Shown: positions 24,716 through 34,444, counted from the stretch's first letter. The stretch: 43,340 nucleotides of DNA from a virus (IMGVR_UViG_3300049070_000042:1-43340), one strand, 5' to 3'. The notes: generated by a model not told the origin, from the sequence alone. Made by a program: numbers and translations.

Positions 24716-24865
24716 ATGAAATGGGTAACTGTTAAGGAATACGCTGAAATTAAGGGACTTACGCTTGCAGCGGTTTATAAGCAGATCAATGAGAACAGAG
24801 TCAAATTTGAGAAAAAGTTTGGTAAATTAGTGATTGCCTATAAGGAAGAAAGGGCGATAGCATGA
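24716..24865 (+). CDS. Small helix-turn-helix DNA-binding protein, 49 aa (below the track cutoff)
   Basis: My own translation is MKWVTVKEYAEIKGLTLAAVYKQINENRVKFEKKFGKLVIAYKEERAIA, which is excisionase/MerR-like. It has an ATGA overlap with 24862. Confidence 0.55.
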   Translation: MKWVTVKEYAEIKGLTLAAVYKQINENRVKFEKKFGKLVIAYKEERAIA

Positions 24866-25233
24866 CGGAAGAAAACGGGCACTTACGGACTGAAAAAGGT
24901 CGGTTTGCTCCTGGGAACAATATAGCAACTAACAGGGGTCCGAATAAGATTTCAACTAAAGTAAAAGAGGCTTTAGTAAGCTTTTTAGAACTAAACATCG
25001 ACAAAGTACAAGAGTCTTTCGATCAGCTTAAACCATTGGAAAAGCTCCAATTTGTAGCTAATATTCTACCTTATGTTGTCCCTAAACTATCAGCTACTCA
25101 AACTGAAAACAATACTAAACTAAGTGGAGGTATCAATATTAGATGGTCAGAGCCTGGATTATTGGATACCCCAAATAAAGGTAGCAACGGAGAGTTACAA
25201 AGCCTTCAAGAAGGGAGCGAGGATAATAGTTAA
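24862..25233 (+). CDS. Putative terminase small subunit, 123 aa
   Basis: It lies immediately upstream of TerL. The motif GRFAPGNNIATNRGPNKIS resembles the G-F-x-G-x-S-G-N-P-x-G-R-P-K-G motif of small terminase-like proteins. Confidence 0.45.
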   Translation: MTEENGHLRTEKGRFAPGNNIATNRGPNKISTKVKEALVSFLELNIDKVQESFDQLKPLEKLQFVANILPYVVPKLSATQTENNTKLSGGINIRWSEPGLLDTPNKGSNGELQSLQEGSEDNS

Positions 25234-26314
25234 CCAAGGGGGAACCAGGTCAGGAAAGACTTACACTTTATGCCAACTACTAATAGCTTTAGCTTTAAAA
25301 GAAAAATGTACAATCTCCATTACTTCAGTTGCTTTCCCCCACCTCAGAAGAGGGGCTATGCGGGACTGGCGGACCATAATGGAAAACTCAGGGCTTTATG
25401 ATCCAAACGCGCACGTACGTACAGAACAAGTTTATAACTATCCAAACGGCTCCTACATTGAATTCTTTAGCTCTGATAATAATCTTAAAGTTAGGGGGCC
25501 GGGGCGTGACATTCTTTTTTTCAATGAAGCGAACCTCACTGATTTTGATACATTCACGCAACTTATGTTACGGACCAGGAAGGCAATTTTCTTGGACTTC
25601 AATCCCGCTGATGAGTTCCATTGGATTTATGACAATATCCTCACTAGACCAGACTGCTACTTCATCAAATCCACATACTTAGACAACCCCTTTTTACCTT
25701 ATGAGCAAGTCAAAGAAATCGAAAACCTCAAAAACGTCGATAGCAACTTCTGGAGAATATACGGGGAAGGGGAGCGAGGACACAGCGAGGGAGTTATCTA
25801 CACTCACTGGGCTCCATATTCAATTAACCTTAGTGGATACAGTGTCTTCGGACTTGATTTTGGTTACAATAACCCCACAGCACTTGTTAAAGTTACTGAA
25901 ACAGACCAAAACCTCTACTGGAAAGAAGAAATCTACCAGTCCCACCTCACAAACTCCGACCTGATACCCATGATTAAGCAAATAGTCAAACCAGGTGAGC
26001 CGGTTTACTGCGATACAGCAGAACCAAACCGGATAGAGGAGCTAAGAAGGGCAGGGATAAAGGCTTTACCGGCAAATAAAGACGTTAAACTAGGGATAGA
26101 CTTCGTAAAAAGCCGGAAACTGTTCATTCATTCAGGATCTGTTAACCTTTTGAAAGAAATTAAGAGTTATAAATACATGGATCAGGGTAAAAGGCTTGGA
26201 AACGAGCCTGAAATTCCCTTAAAACTCAACGATCACGCGATGGACGCTGGTAGGTATGCTAGTTTACACTTCAAGAAGGCTAAAACAGGGTTAAAGTTAA
26301 CGCATCACAGATGA
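25124..26314 (+). CDS. terL: Terminase large subunit (PBSX-type), 396 aa, GTG start
   Basis: It has Walker A (GGTRSGKT), Walker B-like (ILFFNEA) and C-terminal nuclease-like segments (GLDFGYNNP, CDTAEP, NDHAMDAGRY). The frame opens at 25124 directly after a stop. Confidence 0.9.
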   Translation: MEVSILDGQSLDYWIPQIKVATESYKAFKKGARIIVNQGGTRSGKTYTLCQLLIALALKEKCTISITSVAFPHLRRGAMRDWRTIMENSGLYDPNAHVRTEQVYNYPNGSYIEFFSSDNNLKVRGPGRDILFFNEANLTDFDTFTQLMLRTRKAIFLDFNPADEFHWIYDNILTRPDCYFIKSTYLDNPFLPYEQVKEIENLKNVDSNFWRIYGEGERGHSEGVIYTHWAPYSINLSGYSVFGLDFGYNNPTALVKVTETDQNLYWKEEIYQSHLTNSDLIPMIKQIVKPGEPVYCDTAEPNRIEELRRAGIKALPANKDVKLGIDFVKSRKLFIHSGSVNLLKEIKSYKYMDQGKRLGNEPEIPLKLNDHAMDAGRYASLHFKKAKTGLKLTHHR

Positions 26315-26342
26315 AAAAAACCGCGAAAATGGCGCGTTTTCT
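26314..26342 (+). terminator. Weak hairpin / terminator candidate
   Basis: A7-ccgcg-aaaatgg-cgcg-T4. The GC stem is only 4 bp. Confidence 0.3.
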
Positions 26343-26357
26343 CAGTAAAACACTTTT

Positions 26358-27017
26358 ATGATACCCTTTAAAATAAACGGCTCAAAATATCAGATTCCTA
26401 CTGACTGGAATGATGTCTCATTTAAACAATACGTTCGTTTATTAATCCTTCCAGACACTTTACTCCACAAGATTCATTTATTCACCGGAATAGACATAGA
26501 CCTACTTCAAAAAGCAAAGTTCAACAACCTGGAGAAAATCAACCTCGCTTTATCATTCATTAACCTTCAACCTAAACTCGATGGTAAGCCCTCCGCCATG
26601 GTAGGGCCTTACTATCTTCCTAAAGATCCTACAGTAGAGTCATTAGGCCAGTTCGAAGACCTTCGGGCCTTAGTACTTCGGATCCCAAAAGAATTAAAGA
26701 CGGTTGAAGATCATCTGAAGTTAGCTGATCTTTATCTGGAGGCTTGCGCTATTTACTGTCAGAAGGTTAGGGATGGAGAGTACGACTCCGGTAAAGTTCC
26801 AAAGATGAAAGAACAACTGGAAAACTATTCGTGCACTGAAATAATAAACACCGGTAGTTTTTTTTTATTCAAACCATTGAATATATCAATCAATACAACG
26901 AATCACTCCCAGAATCTAACCCAACGAATGAAGAAATTGCTGCAGGACTTCCCCGGTTATCAGAAGTCTTTGGATTTTCTGCTACGCTCTTCGAAGTCTC
27001 AGAACAAACAAGCGTAA
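26358..27017 (+). CDS. Tail-assembly-chaperone-like protein, zero-frame product, 219 aa
   Basis: The N-terminus is MIPFKINGSKYQIPTDWNDVSFKQY. It contains a T9 slippery run at 26858..26866. The zero-frame tail after the run looks low-complexity. Confidence 0.55.
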   Translation: MIPFKINGSKYQIPTDWNDVSFKQYVRLLILPDTLLHKIHLFTGIDIDLLQKAKFNNLEKINLALSFINLQPKLDGKPSAMVGPYYLPKDPTVESLGQFEDLRALVLRIPKELKTVEDHLKLADLYLEACAIYCQKVRDGEYDSGKVPKMKEQLENYSCTEIINTGSFFLFKPLNISINTTNHSQNLTQRMKKLLQDFPGYQKSLDFLLRSSKSQNKQA

Positions 27018-27139
27018 AATATTGGGAGTACCTTAAAAGACCTGCTAGGGAATTCTATCACCTGGTTAGATATCGAGCCTGGAGGGCTGATTCTCAAAAC
27101 GAGTACCAAAGAATAATCGGGAAAACATTCCACAAATAG
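26858..27139 (+). other. -1 frame extension opening exactly at the T9 run (93 sense codons with no ATG, GTG or TTG); predicted frameshift product is about 260 aa
   Basis: The -1 frame has TAG at 26855-57, then FFFIQTIEYINQYNESLPESNPTNEEIAAGLPRLSEVFGFSATLFEVSEQTSVKYWEYLKRPAREFYHLVRYRAWRADSQNEYQRIIGKTFHK, then TAG at 27137-39. The heptamer T_TTT_TTA lies at 26861-67. Confidence 0.6.
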
Positions 27140-27148
27140 AGTTTTATT

Positions 27149-27652
27149 TTGATATTTGATACCGTGTCTCACAGATCGGTAGTTTCCTTATTCTCAGATG
27201 TTGCCAAAAGTTTAGCTGATAATATCCAATTTGGCTATGGTCGACGAAGTGACTTCAACTTAATCGAGAACAAGCGAACACCTTATGTTTGGTGCCTTCC
27301 TTTAACAGCTACACCTTCATTCACTGACACCCCGAACTATCAAAAGACTTGGAATTGTGTGCTAGTGTTCTTTGAACAGGACCAAACCGACTCCAAGGAA
27401 AGCCAATACAAACTTATACTGGACGACATGGACGAACTGTTGGACAAGTTTGTACAAAGACTAAACGACTGGAATCAAACCAGTCAGGATGTTGTAGGTC
27501 AAGTAACCTTACAAGCTTTCTCACAAACACCTTTTGTTAAGACTGACGCCGGTATTTATACAGGTTGGATACTTCAATTCCAAATGATTACCCCTGACGA
27601 CTTCATTTATTGTACACCCGATAACATAGACATTTATGCAGGGAATAGTTGA
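27149..27652 (+). CDS. Hypothetical virion (neck/tail) protein, 167 aa, TTG start
   Basis: There is no in-frame ATG near the 5' end. It overlaps the next gene by 17 nt. Confidence 0.5.
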   Translation: MIFDTVSHRSVVSLFSDVAKSLADNIQFGYGRRSDFNLIENKRTPYVWCLPLTATPSFTDTPNYQKTWNCVLVFFEQDQTDSKESQYKLILDDMDELLDKFVQRLNDWNQTSQDVVGQVTLQAFSQTPFVKTDAGIYTGWILQFQMITPDDFIYCTPDNIDIYAGNS

Positions 27653-28085
27653 GCGTGAAACCATTGATTTAATCAATAACATCCGTATCAACTTAGGCCG
27701 GACAGGGACAAATGCCACTTTAGAAACCTCTCAAAGCCTACGATCAGAAATTACTAAGGAAGGGGCTATAACCAGAATGAAGCTATTCGGTAGGCCGTAT
27801 TTCTTTACTGTGGAGACTGGACGGAAACCTACGCCAGGCAAAAAGCCTAGCCGGTTGATGATCGAACGGATAACCGAATGGACCCAGGCTAGGGGGATAA
27901 GCGAAGAGGCGGTTTGGGCTATCGCTGTCAAGATCCAGGAGAAAGGTACTAAGTTATGGCAGGATGGTGGCAGGGATGACATAGTCCCTCCGGCGGTGGA
28001 TGAGTTTATCAACAATGTCTCTTTAGGACTGCTCGACGAAAGAGCTTCAGAGTTTCAGATTAAAATCAGGGGTTTCGAATGGTAA
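27636..28085 (+). CDS. HK97 gp10-like tail-completion/neck protein, 149 aa
   Basis: FGRPYFFTVETGRKP resembles the YA..VE.G motif of the gp10 family. The call is tentative. Confidence 0.45.
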   Translation: MQGIVERETIDLINNIRINLGRTGTNATLETSQSLRSEITKEGAITRMKLFGRPYFFTVETGRKPTPGKKPSRLMIERITEWTQARGISEEAVWAIAVKIQEKGTKLWQDGGRDDIVPPAVDEFINNVSLGLLDERASEFQIKIRGFEW

Positions 28086-29884
28086 CAGTTATTAAAACCC
28101 CGCAGGGGCATAAAGTTATTGATCAAGCCATAGCCGCTGAGATAACCGGATTAACGGGGTTTGATGCTGTTGTTCAGTTTCCGTATCACTCTCTTTCAGA
28201 TGGGGATTATGTTTACATCACTTCAGACATAGATGAATATAACGGGTTCTGGTATGTCACTGTCTTAACTTCGGATAGCTTCAAGATCTCAGAATCAGCA
28301 ACCGTATCAGACTATGTACCATACTACCAGGATGCTGAAATTGAGTACTACAGAACCCAAGAACATGATTGGTCCAGCATCTTTTTGCCGATAGTTTACA
28401 AGTGTTCAAATGACCGTTGGCCTTTAAATTTAGTGGATACCGCCAGGACCGTATCTTCCTTTTCGGATGACAACGGCTACACGGAATTAGTTTTATCAGG
28501 GGATATCAAGTCAAGCGGTGGTGGGTTGAATGCGCTAGAGTTCGTTAAAATCTCAGGTGGGGATGAAGAGTTAAACGGGATATGGCAAATAGTTGAGATA
28601 ATTTCAAGTTCTAATATTGTCATTAATTTACCATACTCAGCTTCAAATTCGTTTACAGGTGCTTCAATTCAATACTACTACAACAACTACCAGGTCAAGG
28701 TTAAGATATTCGCCGGGCTTCCTGTGCTTCATACGTGGGCTGCGCAGAAACCAACGGAGGAAGTAGCTGAACTTTCTTTAACCCCGGATGACAATAACGA
28801 AGTGATGTTTTCTATTTCGGATTACATAAAAGGGAAGGTATCGGTAAAAAACAACCTTACTTTATTCTCTCTTCCACTGAATTTAGACGCATTTACAGGA
28901 TTCTACATTTCAACGGCTGAAAGTTTTGATTATGCAGATGGCTACTCGGTTCTTACAACTGAAAGCGATTTCGCGGTAGATTCTTTCGCGGGGTACGCGA
29001 TAGCCGGGAAGCTTCCTTTCAAGAATGTGTATTCAGGGGATTACGCTGATTATATTTTAACTTCCGGATCTCCTGCGCTGTGGCTAACGAATAGAACCAG
29101 GCTACTAGCGGTTGAGGACAGGTACTTTGATATCAGCTTCATTAAGAACATTCGCGGTGATTTCTGGATAATAATTGACAAGTATGTAAGTGACTACCTC
29201 ACACTAACAGAAGTCATACCTTATACAGATCAGGGTATAGGAGTTTACAGAATCCCCATTGTTCCGAATGCTCTTTACGATTCGTTTTGTGTTCGGGCCT
29301 ACACTCCAGGGGTTCCAAGTTCTGGCGGTGTTCCTGCGACTACCCTGGCAGCCTTAGAAGATGGGTATAACATTACGTTTGGTTGGGCACTTGGTCCTTA
29401 CTGTTGGTCTATCACTGTTAACGGTTCGGGTGGTCCTTCTGGATACTTGGCGTTCGATATTGTGACCACCGCAGGGTATGATTATGAGTTTACCACTGAA
29501 CTGGAAATAGAAGATTTCGCACCATATCCAATTCTGTCTGAGGTTACCTACGTGCTGATGGACTCCAGTAATAATGTGATTGATTCGGTAGTTTATAACT
29601 ACGATACACCTGGAGTCAAGACCGAGACTTTCACGCTCACCTCGGTAACGGCAGGGGCTAAGGTTGCGATCATAATTGTGAACAACACTCCATTTGCTTC
29701 TAAGAATTATAATTTTTGCGCCATTGAATATATCGATCCGGGTGTAGTGGATGATTCTATTGCAGCGCAAACTATGACAGAAGAAATATGTATAGATATT
29801 TTGGAGGATTGTGATATCGCGGAAGGATTTTCTGATGAGGATCGTAGACTATTGGAGGACGGTGATTTCCGTTTACTTGAATGA
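28079..29884 (+). CDS. Large virion structural protein, 601 aa, ending in the RRLLEDGDFRLLE motif
   Basis: It is a long ORF in the coupled structural chain. Its C-terminal motif is shared with 3587..3781. Confidence 0.6.
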   Translation: MVTVIKTPQGHKVIDQAIAAEITGLTGFDAVVQFPYHSLSDGDYVYITSDIDEYNGFWYVTVLTSDSFKISESATVSDYVPYYQDAEIEYYRTQEHDWSSIFLPIVYKCSNDRWPLNLVDTARTVSSFSDDNGYTELVLSGDIKSSGGGLNALEFVKISGGDEELNGIWQIVEIISSSNIVINLPYSASNSFTGASIQYYYNNYQVKVKIFAGLPVLHTWAAQKPTEEVAELSLTPDDNNEVMFSISDYIKGKVSVKNNLTLFSLPLNLDAFTGFYISTAESFDYADGYSVLTTESDFAVDSFAGYAIAGKLPFKNVYSGDYADYILTSGSPALWLTNRTRLLAVEDRYFDISFIKNIRGDFWIIIDKYVSDYLTLTEVIPYTDQGIGVYRIPIVPNALYDSFCVRAYTPGVPSSGGVPATTLAALEDGYNITFGWALGPYCWSITVNGSGGPSGYLAFDIVTTAGYDYEFTTELEIEDFAPYPILSEVTYVLMDSSNNVIDSVVYNYDTPGVKTETFTLTSVTAGAKVAIIIVNNTPFASKNYNFCAIEYIDPGVVDDSIAAQTMTEEICIDILEDCDIAEGFSDEDRRLLEDGDFRLLE

Positions 29885-30306
29885 GACAATTCATTTACAT
29901 AACATGGCTTAACAACTTAGGAGGCTTCGAATACTGGTTATTCGTAGGCCACAAAGATCACATCCTGGAGGTTCAGCAAACAGCAGAAACTAAAAAGAAT
30001 ATCTTCCCACAGTGGCCAAAGAGTTACGGCGCTTTCTCGGATACGATCACAAAGCAAACCTTTAGGAGAACCAAAAAACAGAAGTTAGTCAGAAGCCAGA
30101 ACCTAACAGCAACACAAGCCGAACAGATGGGTGAGGAGATTAAATCTTCTCCAGTGGTTCAGATCGTAACAGGATCAGGAAAGCGGGATAGACGGACGGT
30201 GGTAGTTGACAACGGAAGCATCACTGTAAGAAAGGAAATTGATAAGATTCATTCATTAAGTTTTACCATAAGTTACACAGACGAATATCCAACACAACAT
30301 ACGTGA
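29881..30306 (+). CDS. Hypothetical virion protein, 141 aa
   Basis: ATGA overlap upstream and GTGA overlap downstream. Confidence 0.55.
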   Translation: MRQFIYITWLNNLGGFEYWLFVGHKDHILEVQQTAETKKNIFPQWPKSYGAFSDTITKQTFRRTKKQKLVRSQNLTATQAEQMGEEIKSSPVVQIVTGSGKRDRRTVVVDNGSITVRKEIDKIHSLSFTISYTDEYPTQHT

Positions 30307-32579
30307 TCTTAAAAGTAGGCAACGAGTATTTAGACTTCGACGACAGTATAGAAGTAGAAAAACAAATAAAATTGTTTGAAGACATTTCTACGACTGATGG
30401 TGATTTCTCTTATGCGTTTGACTTACCTAAAACCATCCACAACACTCAAGTACTTCAGAATCCTTTCCCGGATAACATTTCAAAGCCTGTCTACCAACAA
30501 ATACAAGCAACTTTATTAAGCGATGGAGGGGCCAAACTGTACAAAGGCTACTTAAGGATCGAACGGATTACAAGCGTTTATGAGTGTTCATTCTTTGCAG
30601 GTAATAACAATTGGTTTGCTAGGATTACCGGACTACTCACAGACATTGATCTTTCAATTTACGACATCGACAACAACGAAGTAAACATTATCGATTCGTG
30701 GAGCCTTAAAGAAGGGCTAGTGTTTCCTTTCCTGGATAACGGAAGTTTAATTACTCGGTCTTATCATCAGCTAAAGATTGAGGACTTTGTAGCTGGGCTT
30801 TATGTGAAGACAATATTTAGCCGGGTGTTCGCGGAGGCAGGAATAAAGATCAAAGGCGAACTACTGGAGGATTGGCGCTACAACAACATGATATGCGTCT
30901 CTAACTCAAAAGATCAAGGATTAATAGACGATCGTACTTCTTATGTTGAGAAAAATATAGCTCAGGTTGTCCCGGCTAATACAGAAGTTTTAGTAACGTG
31001 GGACAATGATTCAACTGCACCATTTTTTGACGGTTCGGCTAACCTGTTCAATCTTGCCGCAGGCCAGTACGATCCTGATCTAAAAATGACAGTTCAGGTA
31101 GACGTCACACTGGTGGCCACAAGCGGAGAGGATTTCGGCTTGATGGTGCTAATCATTTACATAAACGGGGTTTTAATAAGAAGCAAACCAGCTGGGATCA
31201 GTACCAACACAGGAGAAACGCCAATTTCCATAAATGCTTCATTTCAACTTAACCCAGGTGATGAGGTTGAGATAAGATTCGAACAAGCCAATGTAGATTC
31301 TGATCCTATTACAATTGAGCGCGGAACGATCAAAATAACCCCTACCTATATTTATAGGACCATAGGAAGCGCAGCCGTTCCAAACTGGACCCAGCAACAG
31401 TTTGTGTCTAATATTTTAAGAATATTCAACGTGCTGGCGTACTATAATGCTGGAGACTCTGAACTAACCTTGAACCTGTTTGAAAAGATAAAAAGCAAAA
31501 CACCTTTAGACTTATCAGAGCACATTTCAGATACAGAAGTGGATTACTCTGAGTTTATTTCTGACTACGGCAGGCGTTCGCGGTTCTCTTATAAAGAAGT
31601 TGACTTCGAAGAGCTAAAAGCATATAACCAAGGCAAGTATTTTAAATACGGCCAAGGATTTATTAGTGTTAATAACGACTTTTTAGAAAACGATAAATCT
31701 ATTCTTGAAAGTGACTTCGCTAATCCGGTCGACTATCTGAATGCGGTGTTTGATGCAAGCATGGGGAAGACGAATCTTATCGAACTAAATGAAGGTGAGG
31801 AGTTTCCTTTCTCAAATGTAGGGGATGACGGATTTGGGGATGCTGCTTTTAACGTTGGTTCTACTTCTGGTTTTCTGGTAGGTGATTTAGTCCGGGTTTC
31901 GGATTCTACTGTCCCAGGATACAATGGTGATTGGATTGTAAAGACTTTAGACGGTGTGCATGTAGTATTCAACGGTCTACCGTTTGACACTGGAGCAACA
32001 GGGAATTTAACACGGCTGAATTATAAGTACTCATCTTCTGAGGATGTTTTTATATTTATTAACATTCCTAACTATCCAAGAGCAAGATTTTCAGATGCGC
32101 CTATCGTTTTTGATTCAGGGTCATTCTATCCCATAGAGTTCACCAACATCGCGCTTGCTTATTTCGATATGATTAACACCGGCAAAGAGGTAAACAGTGA
32201 TTTTATTTATTCGCTTTCATTCGGTGGTATAGATGATCCTTTGCACTACATGGTAACTATGATTGACAGTTATTTTAGTTTGTTTTCCAAGATGCTTAAC
32301 GATCCAGTGAAGTTGATTTCAACGGCCCAGCTACCGTATGCGATTTATAACCAGATTGATTTTTTAAGTCCTATCACGATTAAGACGCTGGAAACACAGA
32401 ACCAGTACTATTTAAACCGGATCACAGGGTATAAAGAGAGTTACTTGGATTCAACTTTAGAACTGATAAAGTTACCTGGGAACTTGAACAGGGGAACAAG
32501 ATTCACCACAGGGCAATCTATTGACATAGTGGAACAGGATGGGGCAGCACTTGACGCAGAATTAGACGCAGTATTATAA
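30303..32579 (+). CDS. Large tail/baseplate-like structural protein, 758 aa (GTG start)
   Basis: The call rests on its size and position directly upstream of the tape measure gene. I recognise no catalytic motif. Confidence 0.55.
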   Translation: MILKVGNEYLDFDDSIEVEKQIKLFEDISTTDGDFSYAFDLPKTIHNTQVLQNPFPDNISKPVYQQIQATLLSDGGAKLYKGYLRIERITSVYECSFFAGNNNWFARITGLLTDIDLSIYDIDNNEVNIIDSWSLKEGLVFPFLDNGSLITRSYHQLKIEDFVAGLYVKTIFSRVFAEAGIKIKGELLEDWRYNNMICVSNSKDQGLIDDRTSYVEKNIAQVVPANTEVLVTWDNDSTAPFFDGSANLFNLAAGQYDPDLKMTVQVDVTLVATSGEDFGLMVLIIYINGVLIRSKPAGISTNTGETPISINASFQLNPGDEVEIRFEQANVDSDPITIERGTIKITPTYIYRTIGSAAVPNWTQQQFVSNILRIFNVLAYYNAGDSELTLNLFEKIKSKTPLDLSEHISDTEVDYSEFISDYGRRSRFSYKEVDFEELKAYNQGKYFKYGQGFISVNNDFLENDKSILESDFANPVDYLNAVFDASMGKTNLIELNEGEEFPFSNVGDDGFGDAAFNVGSTSGFLVGDLVRVSDSTVPGYNGDWIVKTLDGVHVVFNGLPFDTGATGNLTRLNYKYSSSEDVFIFINIPNYPRARFSDAPIVFDSGSFYPIEFTNIALAYFDMINTGKEVNSDFIYSLSFGGIDDPLHYMVTMIDSYFSLFSKMLNDPVKLISTAQLPYAIYNQIDFLSPITIKTLETQNQYYLNRITGYKESYLDSTLELIKLPGNLNRGTRFTTGQSIDIVEQDGAALDAELDAVL

Positions 32580-34444
32580 TGGCAGACAGGACGGAAACCG
32601 TAATATTAGATTTTGAAGTAGACGAAAGCGAAGCTATTGCCTCTATTGACAATCTAACAAAGGCTAATAAGGCTTTAAGGGAAGAAAGAAAGAAACTAAA
32701 CCTCGATACACTAGAAGGTAAAAAACGGGTACAGGAAATTAACGCACAGTTAGACGCCAATACTCAGAAGATTGTCGCCAACAGTTCAGCCGTTGAAAAA
32801 CAGCGGGCTAATATCGGGAATTACAAATCTGCTTTAGATGGTGTTCACCCCGCTTTGGGTAAGGTAGGAGAAGGACTTGAGGCAGGTGCTACAGGATTCA
32901 AAGCTATGGCCCGTAGTGCGCTGGCGTTCATTGCTACGCCTATAGGTGCGATACTCGCTGCGCTAGTAGCAGTGTTTACTTTATTAAAGACTGCTATCTC
33001 TTCTAATAATGAGCTATTTGATAAGTTCGAAAACATCACCAATGCAATAGGAGTTGTTGTCCAGGTAGTGACCAACCGAGTAGGCAAACTTGGTGAAGCT
33101 TTAGTTGCGTTAGTCTCCGGTAATTTTAGAGAAGCTTTAAACCTTACAAAAGAAGCCTTTGGGGGGCTTGGCGATGAAATTGCCAGAGCAGTAGGTGAAG
33201 GACAAAGACTTTTAGATTTATCAAGGGATTTAGAAGACGCCCAACGAGATCTAACAGTAGCAACAGCGCGGCAGGAAAATGTAATAAAGGCTTTAGTTGT
33301 TGCCTCCAAAAATAGAAATTTAACTTTCGATCAACAGGAAGACAGACTCAGGGAGGCGCTAAGGCTTGAGGAAGAGTTAATAAAAGAACGTGAACGGCTA
33401 GCGTTGCTTGATCTTGAAATCACAGCGGGGAACATCGCTAACACTGAAAACATTCAACGGGCAGCAAATGAGTCGTTAGAAGATTTCGCCAATCGGCTTA
33501 GAAGGATGGGCGAATTAGGCGACGATCAAGTTGATCCATTGATTGAAAAATTAGTAGCCTTAGAACAGGCGCGTGGTGGGTCATTAGCTTTTCAGGAGAA
33601 GGTAGAAAATTCATTATCTCAAATCGCCGAAAAACGAGCGGCAGCACTAGCAAAAGTTAACGCTGAACTAGAAAAACAATCTAATCTTGAAAGAGAAGCT
33701 AGAATAACTGCTTTGAGAAGGGATATTGAAGACGACGAAGATACGAATCCTTTTGCTATTGAATTACAGTTATCCAAGAACCTTACGGCGAATTTAGCCA
33801 AAGACTTAGCCGAACGGAATAAGTTTTATGACGACTACTATCAAAAGCGTAGTGACGATGCGGCTAAGGCTGCAGCCTTAGAAGAACAAGTAGAGCGTGA
33901 AAAATTTCAGGCTATTACAGGATTTGCTAATAATGCGGCCCAAATATTTGAAGAAGATTCATTAGCGGGCCAAGGTATAGCCAGTGCCAACGCTTTAATA
34001 AATACTTACTTAGCTGCGACAGCGGCGCTTGCTTCAGGTTCTAAAATAAATCCAATTTTTGGTATTCTTTCTGCGGCTGCTGCTGTTGCTGCCGGTTTAA
34101 AATCCGTTGCTGAAATTAATAACGTTCAGTTCGCAGAAGGTGGATGGACCGGACCAGGCAATAAGTGGGATGTTAAGGGTGTGGTTCACGCTGATGAATA
34201 TGTCACTCCAAAAAGGGTTAAGAATCTTCCACAAGCACAGCCTCACATATCAGCACTTGAACGCATGAGGCTAAGGGGTTACGCCGACGGTGGTCTAGTG
34301 ACGGCCTCGGTGACCAATCCGGTTAACACGCAATTAGAATTAATAAACATTGTTAAGAACCTTCCACCTGGAGTAATATCGGTTAAGGAAGTCACCAAGA
34401 TGCAAAAACGTATCGACGTTAAAGAACAATTCTCCAAAAGATGA
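32579..34444 (+). CDS. Tail tape measure protein, 621 aa
   Basis: It has long coiled coils, a hydrophobic Gly/Ala segment (ALAFIATPIGAILAALVAVFTLL) and the C-terminal FAEGGWTGPGNKWDVKGVVHADEYV motif typical of tape measure proteins. Confidence 0.8.
   Translation: MADRTETVILDFEVDESEAIASIDNLTKANKALREERKKLNLDTLEGKKRVQEINAQLDANTQKIVANSSAVEKQRANIGNYKSALDGVHPALGKVGEGLEAGATGFKAMARSALAFIATPIGAILAALVAVFTLLKTAISSNNELFDKFENITNAIGVVVQVVTNRVGKLGEALVALVSGNFREALNLTKEAFGGLGDEIARAVGEGQRLLDLSRDLEDAQRDLTVATARQENVIKALVVASKNRNLTFDQQEDRLREALRLEEELIKERERLALLDLEITAGNIANTENIQRAANESLEDFANRLRRMGELGDDQVDPLIEKLVALEQARGGSLAFQEKVENSLSQIAEKRAAALAKVNAELEKQSNLEREARITALRRDIEDDEDTNPFAIELQLSKNLTANLAKDLAERNKFYDDYYQKRSDDAAKAAALEEQVEREKFQAITGFANNAAQIFEEDSLAGQGIASANALINTYLAATAALASGSKINPIFGILSAAAAVAAGLKSVAEINNVQFAEGGWTGPGNKWDVKGVVHADEYVTPKRVKNLPQAQPHISALERMRLRGYADGGLVTASVTNPVNTQLELINIVKNLPPGVISVKEVTKMQKRIDVKEQFSKR

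Noticed and set aside
32845-33309. Long antisense ORFs inside structural genes (also 3855..4220, 4224..4526, 6672..7160, 29354..29770, 27731..28015)
   Set aside because: They lie opposite confidently coding, motif-bearing genes such as the tape measure, the fibre and the 601-aa protein. Their Ser/Pro/Ala-rich composition is typical of shadow ORFs.
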